Below, piece after piece: positions 37,623 to 46,471 of a stretch of DNA of 52,621 nt (position 1 is the stretch's first letter; each line of letters opens with the position of its first letter). The position numbers and the translations under genes were made by a program. This DNA is from a virus (taxonomy: Duplodnaviria > Caudoviricetes), in the IMG/VR virus record IMGVR_UViG_3300042453_003401, positions 1 to 52,621 of that record; one strand, 5' to 3'. The notes under the pieces are model-generated. The model had not been told where the DNA came from and searched no databases. It worked only from the letters and a program-made list of their open reading frames with translations.

Positions 37623-38591
37623 CTACTTTTTTCCCTCCACATATGCCTTGACCCATTCAATGGCAGCATCAGCTCCATCAAGACAAGCGGCACGCAGGCA
37701 ATCAATTTCTTTTGCCATTGCCACCTTTGTAATCTTGATGCCTTCTTCCTTTGTCCATGAAGTGACCATGGTGCTGATGACATTGGCAAACATTTCAGCA
37801 TCCTGAATGTCTTCGCCTTTCGCCAAGCCAAGGGCCTGCAGCGCATTCTTGCCTAGCATCAGGCTTGCACGCTCATCAGCTTTGCCGAGAGGATTGGCTT
37901 TGCAGAAGCCAAGAAGCGCTCCTTTGCCATCGAACTCACTGGCTCCATTAGAGGCAGAAGTCCCATCGCCTCCAGACGCTGCAGCAGGCTCTGCAGCCTT
38001 TTGTTCCTTTGCGACAGTCCGCGCTTCAGGCTTCGGGCTTTCCTGTTGGAGCGGGAGCCTGGACGTTGTTTCTTCATCGGCTTTAGGAATGTCTTCACCT
38101 GCATAAAGCTTGAGGCCAAGGCCGGTGAAGGTGGCAATGCACTTAACGCTGGCACGTTGGATGTTGTCGCTCACTTGACGAGCATCCAGCTCCTTCACTG
38201 CGTTGTGTTTGTTGTCCATCACGGGGAACACCAACGCAGGAGTGCGTCTAATGCCGTCCGTCAAATAAGGACGCAGCAGCCAGCAGCCCTCTCGGCCAAA
38301 CACTGGCCAGCCAGCTTCCTTTTCTTCAAAGGCCACGAACACGCCAGGAAATTGTTCGTTAAGGTAGCGGAAGGCAAAAGGCCAAGACAGATAGGAGAGC
38401 CCTTTGTAGTTCTTCTCAACGTGATCGCCAATGGGAAGCTCGTAAGCTTTCTTAAAGGCTTCAGGAGAAATGTCAAGGGGCGAAAAATGGCCAAGCATGC
38501 GCTCAGTGAGCATGGCTTCGTTCACGGCAGTCACGGGAAGAGTCATGGAAGCAAAACTAGCAGGGTCGTAGGTGAGCAAGGAGTGGTTCAT
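37623..38591 (-). CDS. Sak3/DUF1071 Rad52-like single-strand annealing protein
   Basis: LSYLSWPFA, PVMDNKHNA and IQRASVKCIATFTGLGLKLYAGEDIP motifs. Confidence 0.85.
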   Translation of the reverse strand: MNHSLLTYDPASFASMTLPVTAVNEAMLTERMLGHFSPLDISPEAFKKAYELPIGDHVEKNYKGLSYLSWPFAFRYLNEQFPGVFVAFEEKEAGWPVFGREGCWLLRPYLTDGIRRTPALVFPVMDNKHNAVKELDARQVSDNIQRASVKCIATFTGLGLKLYAGEDIPKADEETTSRLPLQQESPKPEARTVAKEQKAAEPAAASGGDGTSASNGASEFDGKGALLGFCKANPLGKADERASLMLGKNALQALGLAKGEDIQDAEMFANVISTMVTSWTKEEGIKITKVAMAKEIDCLRAACLDGADAAIEWVKAYVEGKK

Positions 38592-38851
38592 TTGACAATG
38601 GACGAGTCGAGCTTGTAATGATTGTCATAGAAAATGACAAGCTTCTTGGGCTTTTCGCCTTCATAAGTGGTCAGGCTCGTACCAGGAAGAGGCCAATCTT
38701 CTACAATTCGCACATCGCTAATGCCTTCAGTGGAAGCCTCTTCGTAACCCTCATCAATAGCCGTTTCTTCAAAGCAGAGAAGAATGGGCATGTCGGGGCC
38801 ATGCTGGGCTTCAGCCTTGGCAAGGATTTCGCGCAGTTCGGAAACATTCAT
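38588..38851 (-). CDS. Hypothetical protein
   Basis: ATGA-coupled; resembles the upstream ORF. Confidence 0.6.
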   Translation of the reverse strand: MNVSELREILAKAEAQHGPDMPILLCFEETAIDEGYEEASTEGISDVRIVEDWPLPGTSLTTYEGEKPKKLVIFYDNHYKLDSSIVK

Positions 38852-39114
38852 TTGTCGTTGTAAAAGATGGTAAGGAATTTGTCGTCGAGGGTGGAGGATC
38901 GATCGCTTGAGAGGTCGATTCCAGGCAGGTTCTCCGCTGATGAACCTGCGTAAGAACTCATCACTCGCAAAGACACGCTCATGAGGTGTTCAGCTCTGCC
39001 CAGTTCGTAACAGTATTCAGCAGAATACGCCCCAACAGGCATGTCGCCAAATTCTGCAACGCATTGCTCGAGCAGGAGAATCATCTCCGAAACAAAGAGA
39101 GTTTTAGTTTCCAT
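38848..39114 (-). CDS. Hypothetical protein
   Basis: Likely start METKTLFVSEM at 39114. Confidence 0.55.
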   Translation of the reverse strand: METKTLFVSEMILLLEQCVAEFGDMPVGAYSAEYCYELGRAEHLMSVSLRVMSSYAGSSAENLPGIDLSSDRSSTLDDKFLTIFYNDK

Positions 39115-39328
39115 GGTCTCCGGGAATGGAATGGTCGATGATGCTGGGCCACACTTCGTCTTTAAGGATGTCCGCCTCGTAGAAGCTGAAGCCCCGAAGA
39201 ATCCGCTCCACGGCCTCGGACTTGCTAAGTTGGGCGGCGCTTGAAATGGCCGAAAGGTGGGCATAGGCTTGGTCAGAGAGGGTAAGGTGGCGGCGGCGCT
39301 TGCCGCCTTCATAAAGGCTGATGGGCAT
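39104..39328 (-). CDS. Ribbon-helix-helix (CopG-like) regulator
   Basis: KRRRHLTLSDQAYAHL...LSKSEAVERILR; divergent from the primase gene. Confidence 0.7.
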   Translation of the reverse strand: MPISLYEGGKRRRHLTLSDQAYAHLSAISSAAQLSKSEAVERILRGFSFYEADILKDEVWPSIIDHSIPGDHGN

Positions 39329-39467
39329 GGTTTTGTCGAGGGCTTCCCGAGCATAGGCCCACAAAGCCCTCCTGCAAGCCCTTTCAACCATTAGCTTTTC
39401 TTATGGCCCACAAGCCTTGCGGCAGCAGGCTCGTGATGGCATGATGGTCTGATTCCTCCCATGCTGC

Positions 39468-41450
39468 ATGGCCTTTAACATCCTCGACTTCCTCGAGCAA
39501 CTCCAGCCCAGCAACGAGAAGGGCAAGTTCGTCTGCCCCGCATGCGGCGGCAACGACTTCACGGTGAACAAGACCACAGGCGGCTACAACTGCTGGCACG
39601 ACCCCAGCTCCGCTCACAGGGCCGACATCCGCAATGTGCTGGCTCCAATGGTGCGATGGGAAAAGCCCTACAGGGAGACTGGCTCGCATCACTTCCCCTA
39701 CTACAACAAACAGCGCGAAGAAATCGTTCGGGTGCATCGAGACGATTCGAGCGGCTCAAAACGCATCTGGCAAGAATTTCCCACCATCCCATCGGACGCC
39801 ACCAATCAGAAGGCGCTCTTGCAGGAGATGAAAGCCGGCATTTTGCCGTACAAATATTCGGAAGCCGTTGAGGAGAGTCAGAAGACTGGCCTGCCCATCG
39901 TCGTCGTTGAAGGTGAACTCACCTGCGAAGCCTGCTGGGCTATTGGCCTGCCTGCTGTCACCTTCCTTGGCGGATCGAAGCAATATCGCACCAACGGCGA
40001 CTACAGCCAGCTTTTCAAGGGACAGAAGATTGTCCTGGCTCCCGACAGGGATGAACAAGGCGTGGCCTTCATGGCAGAAATCGCCAATGACAATCCTGGA
40101 GCATCGTGGCTGTATGCCGATCCGCGTTCGTGGGAATGGGACAATCTCCCGCCCGGAAATGGCTATGACTTAGCTGATTACATTGAAGAAGGCGCCACAA
40201 AAGATGAACTGCTTTCTTCCATTGTCACCAAGAGCCGCCACAAGAATCAAGACGGCAAGCCCTCTTACGAGGAGATTATCTCCACAGTAGAAAATTTTGT
40301 TGGCCTCTACGCCAATGATGCTCGCATTGCTTACGAAACCAGCTCATGGTTGGAGCAGCGTGCAGTGAAGATGAATCAGCAAAACATTGATAAGATCATT
40401 GAAGAAGCGAAAGGACGCATATATGGCAGGGAAGAAATTGAAACCATTGATGCCCTGACCATTGCCAACTCTGACAAAGCTCGCGACTGGCTGATTGCTG
40501 GCATCATGCCGCTTGGCACTGTGATGCTGCTAGCAGCTTCTGGCGGCACCGGCAAGAGTACTGTTGCCTACAACTGGGCGCTGCACATTGCCCTTGGTAC
40601 GCCATGGTCTGGACGGCGCTGCATGAAAGGCAAGAGCCTTATCATTCAAAGCGACGAGCCTTTGGTGGATACCAGCGAAAAGCTTGGCGTGATTGGCTAT
40701 GAAGATGCTGGCTTAGATCCTGGCACCATTGCATTCTGGGAGACTTGGCGCTTTGCTCACATGCGACAGTTGGAAGATTACGTTCGCAAGCATCGCCCAT
40801 TGTTTATTACCATTGACTCCCTCACCGCGTGCCTTGCGGGCATGGACGTAGATCTAATTAAAAGTAATGCTGGCGATGTTATTTATGGTCTGCGTGATAT
40901 TGCCAACACTTACAAATGTTCCATTCTCATTCTTCACCATTTGAACAAAAGTGGAGGACTTCGCGACTCAACAAGCTTTGTTGATAATGTTAGCGAAGTG
41001 GTGAAACTTACCAAGCCTGAAAATAATTTCGACGGCAGTCAGTTTCATCTTGAATGGCTTAAGAGCAGAAGCGGTCTCACTGGCAAGCACATGCTTCGCC
41101 GCGATGCATTGAACTATGGCTGGGAATATGCTGGCCCTCTGGGCGGAAGCTTGGAAGAGCTGGATCGCGTGGTGAACACTATCAACATGCGCAAGCACGA
41201 GCGCTTCACCAAACAACAAGCGGCAGCAATGGCTGGAGCATTTGACATTGCTGGCACGAGCAAAATGCTGGAAGTGGCTAGAAGGCAAGGCTTGATCACC
41301 AGCAGCTTTGAGAATGGTCCCAATGGAGAAAAGCAGAGAGTGTACCATTCCTGGGAGTACCAAGAGCCCGACCTTGATTTCGAGAGCAATCACTCTCCCG
41401 CTGCTCCAGCAAAAGAAAGCGACAGCTCCCTTGATGACGAATTCTTTTAA
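39468..41450 (+). CDS. Primase-helicase (Zn finger + TOPRIM + AAA_25/RepA-like SF4 helicase)
   Basis: CPACGG...YNCW; VVEGE...APDRDEQG; ASGGTGKS (Walker A), ITIDSL (Walker B), ILHHLNK. Confidence 0.9.
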   Translation: MAFNILDFLEQLQPSNEKGKFVCPACGGNDFTVNKTTGGYNCWHDPSSAHRADIRNVLAPMVRWEKPYRETGSHHFPYYNKQREEIVRVHRDDSSGSKRIWQEFPTIPSDATNQKALLQEMKAGILPYKYSEAVEESQKTGLPIVVVEGELTCEACWAIGLPAVTFLGGSKQYRTNGDYSQLFKGQKIVLAPDRDEQGVAFMAEIANDNPGASWLYADPRSWEWDNLPPGNGYDLADYIEEGATKDELLSSIVTKSRHKNQDGKPSYEEIISTVENFVGLYANDARIAYETSSWLEQRAVKMNQQNIDKIIEEAKGRIYGREEIETIDALTIANSDKARDWLIAGIMPLGTVMLLAASGGTGKSTVAYNWALHIALGTPWSGRRCMKGKSLIIQSDEPLVDTSEKLGVIGYEDAGLDPGTIAFWETWRFAHMRQLEDYVRKHRPLFITIDSLTACLAGMDVDLIKSNAGDVIYGLRDIANTYKCSILILHHLNKSGGLRDSTSFVDNVSEVVKLTKPENNFDGSQFHLEWLKSRSGLTGKHMLRRDALNYGWEYAGPLGGSLEELDRVVNTINMRKHERFTKQQAAAMAGAFDIAGTSKMLEVARRQGLITSSFENGPNGEKQRVYHSWEYQEPDLDFESNHSPAAPAKESDSSLDDEFF

Positions 41451-41692
41451 GGAGGTTATGACTGGCTTATAATTATGGCTAGTGCATAATTGTCAATAAT
41501 GAAGATCATCTGGGCCGATCACGATCCTTCTTGGGGAGTTTCTAATCCTTCCTGGGACGAGCCTTCTAGGGAAGAAACAGGGGCTGAAGCGCTAAAGGCT
41601 AAAGAATCTTCCCCATCGGGAATTACGGAAGAAGCTGCCCAAGAAAAAAGCTCCTGGAAGGAGCAAAAAAGGTTCGGTTGATTGCCTGTTGC

Positions 41693-41800
41693 CTACGGGT
41701 AGCAATAGCCTGTGTGGCCAAAAAGAGCCTGATAGAGGCAGAACGCTAGAAACAGCACAGATGCCACCTTTTTGGCGATGTCAACAAAATGGTTTTTCAT
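41693..41800 (-). CDS. Small membrane peptide (35 aa)
   Basis: MKNHFVDIAKKVASVLFLAFCLYQALFGHTGYCYP, at the end of the cassette array. Confidence 0.35.
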   Translation of the reverse strand: MKNHFVDIAKKVASVLFLAFCLYQALFGHTGYCYP

Positions 41801-41812
41801 AAGTTGATCGGA

Positions 41813-41971
41813 CTACTTGCCCCAGCGGGCAATACAAGCTTCAGCAAACGCAGTCATGCTTCCGCTTTCGATTACATCAGTGACTGTACGCTTGTCATTG
41901 TCTGAGCCCCACCACCAAAGGCAGAACTCATCAAGTTCGTCAACTGTAAAGATCCGTGGTTGAGCAGACAT
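41813..41971 (-). CDS. Small cassette protein, ARWG family (52 aa; absent from the ORF track)
   Basis: MSAQPRIFTVDELDEF...AFAEACIARWGK shares TxDEL and ARWG with the 26232, 42406 and 43185 proteins. Confidence 0.6.
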   Translation of the reverse strand: MSAQPRIFTVDELDEFCLWWWGSDNDKRTVTDVIESGSMTAFAEACIARWGK

Positions 41972-41985
41972 AGAAGGGATGTTGG

Positions 41986-42180
41986 TTACTGGGTTTCAAG
42001 CTCGGCGGCGATGGCTAGAATGTTTTTCTCAGTGATACCAAAATACTTAAGTTCTTGTACAGCAGCTCGCAGGGCGGAGGCAAGCGTTGCCTCTACCTCG
42101 TTGTGGGGGTTGTCGTCCATGCGTTTGTAGGCGGCATTCAGAACCGCCTGCGCGGTAGGTGATAGGGTGCGGTTAGTCAT
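41986..42180 (-). CDS. Small cassette protein, LSPxAQAVL family
   Basis: Paralog of 26506-26745. Confidence 0.7.
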   Translation of the reverse strand: MTNRTLSPTAQAVLNAAYKRMDDNPHNEVEATLASALRAAVQELKYFGITEKNILAIAAELETQ

Positions 42181-42409
42181 TGTCGGGAGTCTCTTCACTT
42201 GTTGGTTCAGGTAGCACAGAAAAGTAGCCTCTTGCTTCTAAAAGCATGTAAGCAAAAAGTTCGGCCTTGGAAAAGGTATCCAGACCGGCATTTACTATAA
42301 AGGCTTTCTGCTGAATCTCTTGCTCGACTTCCCGCAAGAAATGAACATAGACATAGGTGTTATCTACTTTGACCACCTTAGGTGGTTTTTCCGTAAGGAG
42401 CTCAGTCAT
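42173..42409 (-). CDS. Small cassette protein
   Basis: Start MTELL at 42409, coupled by ATGACTGA. Confidence 0.6.
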   Translation of the reverse strand: MTELLTEKPPKVVKVDNTYVYVHFLREVEQEIQQKAFIVNAGLDTFSKAELFAYMLLEARGYFSVLPEPTSEETPDND

Positions 42410-42672
42410 TGGCGGTCCCAGCGGGCGAGGACGGCGCGGGTGATACGCGGTACCCACCACAACGGATCACTGATCACCGTGCCAGCCGGCATTTCGCGAG
42501 CCAGCCACGCGGCAAAGTCGGCGAACCACTTTTCATCCGTCGGCCCCTGCGACTCGGGCTGGGACAAGGCGCCGCGAGCGTGGTCAATCAAGTCGCGGTC
42601 CCTAGGGGGTTGCACCGGATACTGTTCCAGGCTGCACAGCAGCTCAGTGCACAGCGCTCGAAAGTCAGTCAT
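42406..42672 (-). CDS. Small cassette protein, TDFRALC...RAVLARW family
   Basis: Paralog of 26232-26486. Confidence 0.7.
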   Translation of the reverse strand: MTDFRALCTELLCSLEQYPVQPPRDRDLIDHARGALSQPESQGPTDEKWFADFAAWLAREMPAGTVISDPLWWVPRITRAVLARWDRQ

Positions 42673-43007
42673 TCGGGCAGTTGCTCCAGTGCGCGGCGGA
42701 CGATTGAAAAGTCGTTAATGTCCCAACTTGGGTCTTCTGCTTTATTTAGCAGAGCTAGCGCTTGCTCTTTCAAGCTCGGCGGCTTCGGTCGGCGGGCGGC
42801 GCGGAGTTCTAGCGCAAGACTTTCGCGGAGATCGCGGGCAAAGTAATGGCAGCACGCCTCCAGTTCCTGGTCTGCACCAGCTTGGAAACCATTCCTCCAG
42901 GCACAGTCCAGCACATAATCAACGTTTTCTCGTTCGTTGAGAATGTCGTCCTCCCACTGCTTAAATTCCTCTTGCGGCGGGCTAATCGGGTGTTGCTGGT
43001 CAGTCAC
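42669..43007 (-). CDS. Small cassette protein, QHPIxPP...RPKPPSLKEQAL...ALEQL family
   Basis: Paralog of 43761-44120. Confidence 0.7.
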   Translation of the reverse strand: MTDQQHPISPPQEEFKQWEDDILNERENVDYVLDCAWRNGFQAGADQELEACCHYFARDLRESLALELRAARRPKPPSLKEQALALLNKAEDPSWDINDFSIVRRALEQLPE

Positions 43008-43188
43008 TGGTTTGGTTCAGATAGTCGGTTTGCGAAATTGTTGGTAGTGGATCACCAAGTGCTTCAAGGGCACAGATCATGCACCAGTACCCTTCGTGGC
43101 CTTTGATGGTGCTTGCGATGGTGTGCGGGTGTGTCCCATGCTTGGGGCAGATCACGCCAAAGCCGGCCCATGTGTAGAAATCAGTCAC
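43000..43188 (-). CDS. Small Cys/His cassette protein
   Basis: GTG start in GTGACTGA; CPKH...CMIC. Confidence 0.55.
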   Translation of the reverse strand: MTDFYTWAGFGVICPKHGTHPHTIASTIKGHEGYWCMICALEALGDPLPTISQTDYLNQTSD

Positions 43189-43679
43189 TGGCACCCCCAG
43201 CGAGCAAGGATGGCGCGGGCGTATTCCAGCGCTGAGTGGTTTAAGCAGACACGAAAGATGCCGGGCTTGACCTGACCACCAGTTGCATCGCTGCAAACCT
43301 TGGCTGAGTAAGAGAACTCATCCCGCATAGTTTTGGGCATCAGTTCCAGCAGTTCCTCATCTGTTGGCATCTGCGGCTCGGGCTGGTCGAGATAGGCGCG
43401 AGCTTCGGCCAGCAAATCAAGTTCATCCTTTTCGTACCAGCACTCCCATTGCATGAGCATTTCCAGCGCATCAATGAATCGCCGGATCAAATCTCTGGGC
43501 TTGACATCACATCGGCTTGTTGCGGTGTTTTGCTTGAGAAATTCCACCATTAAGCGATGGGCTTCACCAGCGTCAGCAATAAACTGGCCCCGGTAGTGGA
43601 AGCCTTCTTTGTCGAGGCGCAGTACTTCTTCCGTTGGCGGAGAACAGAACTTGATGCAGTTGGCGGGTTGTTCAGTCAT
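43185..43679 (-). CDS. Composite cassette protein ending in an ARWG-family module
   Basis: Distinct N-terminal domain followed by ARAYLDQPEPQMPTDEEL...YARAILARWG. Confidence 0.7.
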   Translation of the reverse strand: MTEQPANCIKFCSPPTEEVLRLDKEGFHYRGQFIADAGEAHRLMVEFLKQNTATSRCDVKPRDLIRRFIDALEMLMQWECWYEKDELDLLAEARAYLDQPEPQMPTDEELLELMPKTMRDEFSYSAKVCSDATGGQVKPGIFRVCLNHSALEYARAILARWGCQ

Positions 43680-43768
43680 CGGATGCTACCTACAAATAAA
43701 CCAACAATGAAACCAAAGAAAAAGATCAGGCATAGCAAGGAATCAACCTTGTCTTGTATCTCAGCCAT
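43676..43768 (-). CDS. Small membrane peptide (30 aa)
   Basis: MAEIQDKVDSLLCLIFFFGFIVGLFVGSIR; overlaps both neighbours and fills the gap exactly. Confidence 0.5.
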   Translation of the reverse strand: MAEIQDKVDSLLCLIFFFGFIVGLFVGSIR

Positions 43769-44120
43769 CGAGTTGCTCTAGGGCGAGGCGGATTGTGTGA
43801 ATAGCGTTGCAGTGGTTGTGCAGCGGCATGTCGAGATGCTTGTGAACCCATGCCAGTTCTTTCAGCGCCTGCTCTTTCAAGCTCGGCGGCTTGGGGCGGC
43901 GATAATTATAAAACTCAATTACATCTTCTTCCTCCCACGCAGCGCACTGCTTAAGGTAATTTCCACAAGCTAGTAACTCTTTATCGGCGCCCCATTGGGC
44001 GGCTTCGGTGGCAACGTAGTCGAAGTAAGTCTTCGGATCGTCTTGGTACTGGTCAGCTTCTTCCCACCACTGCTGCACCAGCTCTGGCGGTGGGGTGATG
44101 GGGTGTTGTTGGTTAGTCAT
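43761..44120 (-). CDS. Small cassette protein, QHPIxPP family
   Basis: Paralog of 42669-43007. Confidence 0.7.
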   Translation of the reverse strand: MTNQQHPITPPPELVQQWWEEADQYQDDPKTYFDYVATEAAQWGADKELLACGNYLKQCAAWEEEDVIEFYNYRRPKPPSLKEQALKELAWVHKHLDMPLHNHCNAIHTIRLALEQLDG

Positions 44121-44203
44121 TAGTTGTTTTCTCTAAGTAGTGGCGATGATATAGGTGATGCAGATGAAAAGGACAATGATGACCAAGGCTTCCCATGGTC
44201 CCA

Positions 44204-44338
44204 TCACTTGCCCTCCTTCCACTTGGCAGCATCACGCTCAGCTTGACAGTTCTTGTCTTTGCCATAGAGCCATGCGGCAGTGCCCTGGCCGGGCTTCGGG
44301 CCGTTACGAGGAAGCTTGATCAAACGAAATTCAGGCAT
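44204..44338 (-). CDS. Small basic protein (44 aa), first gene of the leftward array
   Basis: MPEFRLIKLPRNGPKPGQGTAAWLYGK..., TGATG-coupled to a 23-aa hydrophobic ORF (44133-44204). Confidence 0.5.
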   Translation of the reverse strand: MPEFRLIKLPRNGPKPGQGTAAWLYGKDKNCQAERDAAKWKEGK

Positions 44339-44654
44339 GGTTGGTTGAGAGGCTCGCTCATTGTACACCCGCGTCAACATCCTCTCGAACGCTGTGCCAA
44401 TTAAACGACTGTCACAAGCCTGCTTGACTTAAGTATTACAATCGTCCCCTGGCTGCTCTCCGGCATCTACGCGCCTGGGGACACCAGCCCATTTCAGTCC
44501 CTGCGGCGCTTCTGGCCAAGGAGATCAATGGGAGGAAAATTTAGTTGGATTCTTAATAACCGTCTGTTATTGAGAATGCAAGTATCCTTCGCAAGCGCCA
44601 TCGCGCAGGAGGCCCCAGGCCGACCTTGTTCATGGCGCTTTAATTTCCTTTCCA

Positions 44655-44682
44655 TTGACTTCTTCTGAAAAATGACTATTGT
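44655..44682 (+). promoter_or_regulatory. Putative sigma70-type promoter of the rightward operon
   Basis: TTGACT-16 nt-TATTGT in the divergent intergenic region. Confidence 0.4.
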
Positions 44683-44752
44683 GGGAAGGCCGCTCGCGCA
44701 GGCGAGCCCTAGCGAGCTTGTTCAAGCGGCCTGTAGTTAATCTTCTTGATCA

Positions 44753-44995
44753 ATGCCCACAGCTCCTCTCGCTCCAGACAGACTCCCTCTGCTCGAGCAC
44801 AATGGAACAACGATCGAGGTGTACCAGCACCATGGTTATTCCAGGCCCGACAGAGGCCCCCTGCCTCCCAGCAGAATCCTTTACGCTGCTCGTGATCAAA
44901 ATAACGAGCGCCATTGGAGAGGAAGCCTTGATGAAATCGAAAGCTTGATTGACCGAGGCTTTGTCGTGGCAACGATTAGCGGAGGCAGTCTGTGA
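44753..44995 (+). CDS. Hypothetical protein
   Basis: First ORF of the rightward operon. Confidence 0.55.
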   Translation: MPTAPLAPDRLPLLEHNGTTIEVYQHHGYSRPDRGPLPPSRILYAARDQNNERHWRGSLDEIESLIDRGFVVATISGGSL

Positions 44996-45312
44996 TGGAC
45001 AATGAAGAGCTGATTAGCCTCCTAAAGGAAATGGAAGCTATCAAAGCAAATCAACGCGCATTGTCCGAAAAGGAACAGCAATGCCGCGAAGATATTTTTG
45101 CTCTCATGCAAGACCTTGGCATTGACCAAGAGAAAAGCAACTATGGCAACATTCGCTTGCAGCGCAGAGCAGAAAAAGACTATGGCGAAGCCATTAAAAT
45201 GCTAGAGCGCCAATTGAAAGAAGCCAAAAAACTGGCTGATGACATGGGCGACTATCAAATTAAAGGCTACAAAGAAAGCCTTGTTTACACTCCTCCAGTT
45301 GAGCTGTTTTGA
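44992..45312 (+). CDS. Coiled-coil hypothetical protein
   Basis: Coupled ORF with charged helices. Confidence 0.6.
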   Translation: MMDNEELISLLKEMEAIKANQRALSEKEQQCREDIFALMQDLGIDQEKSNYGNIRLQRRAEKDYGEAIKMLERQLKEAKKLADDMGDYQIKGYKESLVYTPPVELF

Positions 45313-45470
45313 CCGCACCATTAACCAAAGCGGAAGTCACTGCTCTTATTGATCAAAAGATAAGAGAGCATGAAATTCGCATTGGCGTGATTAGCGGCCT
45401 TGCGGGAGTCTTGTTTATCGCAGGACTCTCTTATTTTCTTTCCATTGTTTACCTTGCTACCATCAGATGA
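45309..45470 (+). CDS. Small membrane protein (53 aa)
   Basis: TTG start overlapping the upstream stop; EVTALIDQKIREHE followed by a hydrophobic segment. Confidence 0.55.
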   Translation: MTAPLTKAEVTALIDQKIREHEIRIGVISGLAGVLFIAGLSYFLSIVYLATIR

Positions 45471-45643
45471 GCGCCCCATTTATTCCTTTACCATTGCTCT
45501 CTGACAGAGAGTGGAAAGAGCTAAATGTGTTGCGCAAAGCCATTAGCGACAGCCCTTCAGCGGTGGTGCCAGAGCAGCAAGAGCGTTTTGCTGCATTGTT
45601 CGCTAGAAGCTTGCTTGGTAAAGGCGACAAGCCTTTAAAATGA
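45467..45643 (+). CDS. Small hypothetical protein (58 aa)
   Basis: ATGA-coupled; LSDREWKELNVLRKAISDSPSAVVPEQQERFAALFARSL. Confidence 0.55.
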   Translation: MSAPFIPLPLLSDREWKELNVLRKAISDSPSAVVPEQQERFAALFARSLLGKGDKPLK

Positions 45644-45655
45644 TTTTACTGCCCA

Positions 45656-46411
45656 TTGACCATGCCCCTTCCTGAAATTGACTTCCCGGACAAGGAGCAG
45701 CAATTGAAATATGGCGTGAAGGTGCTTCTGGAAGCTGGAATGACGCCTCAGCAAATTGAGCACATTCGCGACAGAGTGGGAGCAGGTCCGGGCAAGATTC
45801 CCTACACCAAAGAACTCACTGGATTGCGCCGGTATATGGTGCAGGAGCTTTTAGCGGCAAGTTTAAGCAACAGGCAAATTGCCGACATCTTGAAGCTAAG
45901 CAAAGAAACTGTTAGCGCCGATCGTCATCACAATCGCAACTTATGGACTGCTGAAATCCTTAAGAGCCAAGACACTTGGCGGGCACGGCTAATCAAAGAA
46001 CAAGGCGAACTCAAAGACAAAGCCCTCGAAAGCTTTGAACACAGCAAGCGCAAGAAAGTCACCACTTACAAGGAAGGGCCTGACGGCCCTGGCGAAACCA
46101 TTGTGCGTATGGAAGAAAGTGCTGGCGAAAGCGGCTTCCTTGGCATTGCCCGTAGCTGTCTGGAGCAGCAGGCAAAGCTAATTGGCCTGTTTGATGTGAA
46201 GCCACAAACGGAAGAGAAGAGCGGCTACAAAGCATTCCTTGATAATTTAAGCAAGGAAGTTCGCAAAATAAAAGAAGCTGAAAGCAATAGTGAAGTTAGA
46301 GCCACTGCCATTGATGCTGAGGCTTATTTCGACGAACAAGGAGAGCCCACTGGTCCCAGCAAGCCTTTGCTATTCGCGAATAGCGAACAGGACGATGGAG
46401 AGGAAAGTTAA
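45656..46411 (+). CDS. HTH protein, terminase small subunit-like
   Basis: HTH LSNRQIADILKLSKETVSAD, plus CLEQQAKLIGLFD as seen in a class of small terminase subunits. Confidence 0.5.
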   Translation: MTMPLPEIDFPDKEQQLKYGVKVLLEAGMTPQQIEHIRDRVGAGPGKIPYTKELTGLRRYMVQELLAASLSNRQIADILKLSKETVSADRHHNRNLWTAEILKSQDTWRARLIKEQGELKDKALESFEHSKRKKVTTYKEGPDGPGETIVRMEESAGESGFLGIARSCLEQQAKLIGLFDVKPQTEEKSGYKAFLDNLSKEVRKIKEAESNSEVRATAIDAEAYFDEQGEPTGPSKPLLFANSEQDDGEES

Positions 46412-46471
46412 TTATTTCTTAGCTTGACAGGCCCTCCCGCGCATCGCTACGCTTGATGGGACTGCTTTGTC

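Noticed and set aside
41490-41681. 63-aa plus-strand ORF after the primase gene
   Set aside because: Low complexity with no motifs; too little evidence to call, though it may be real.
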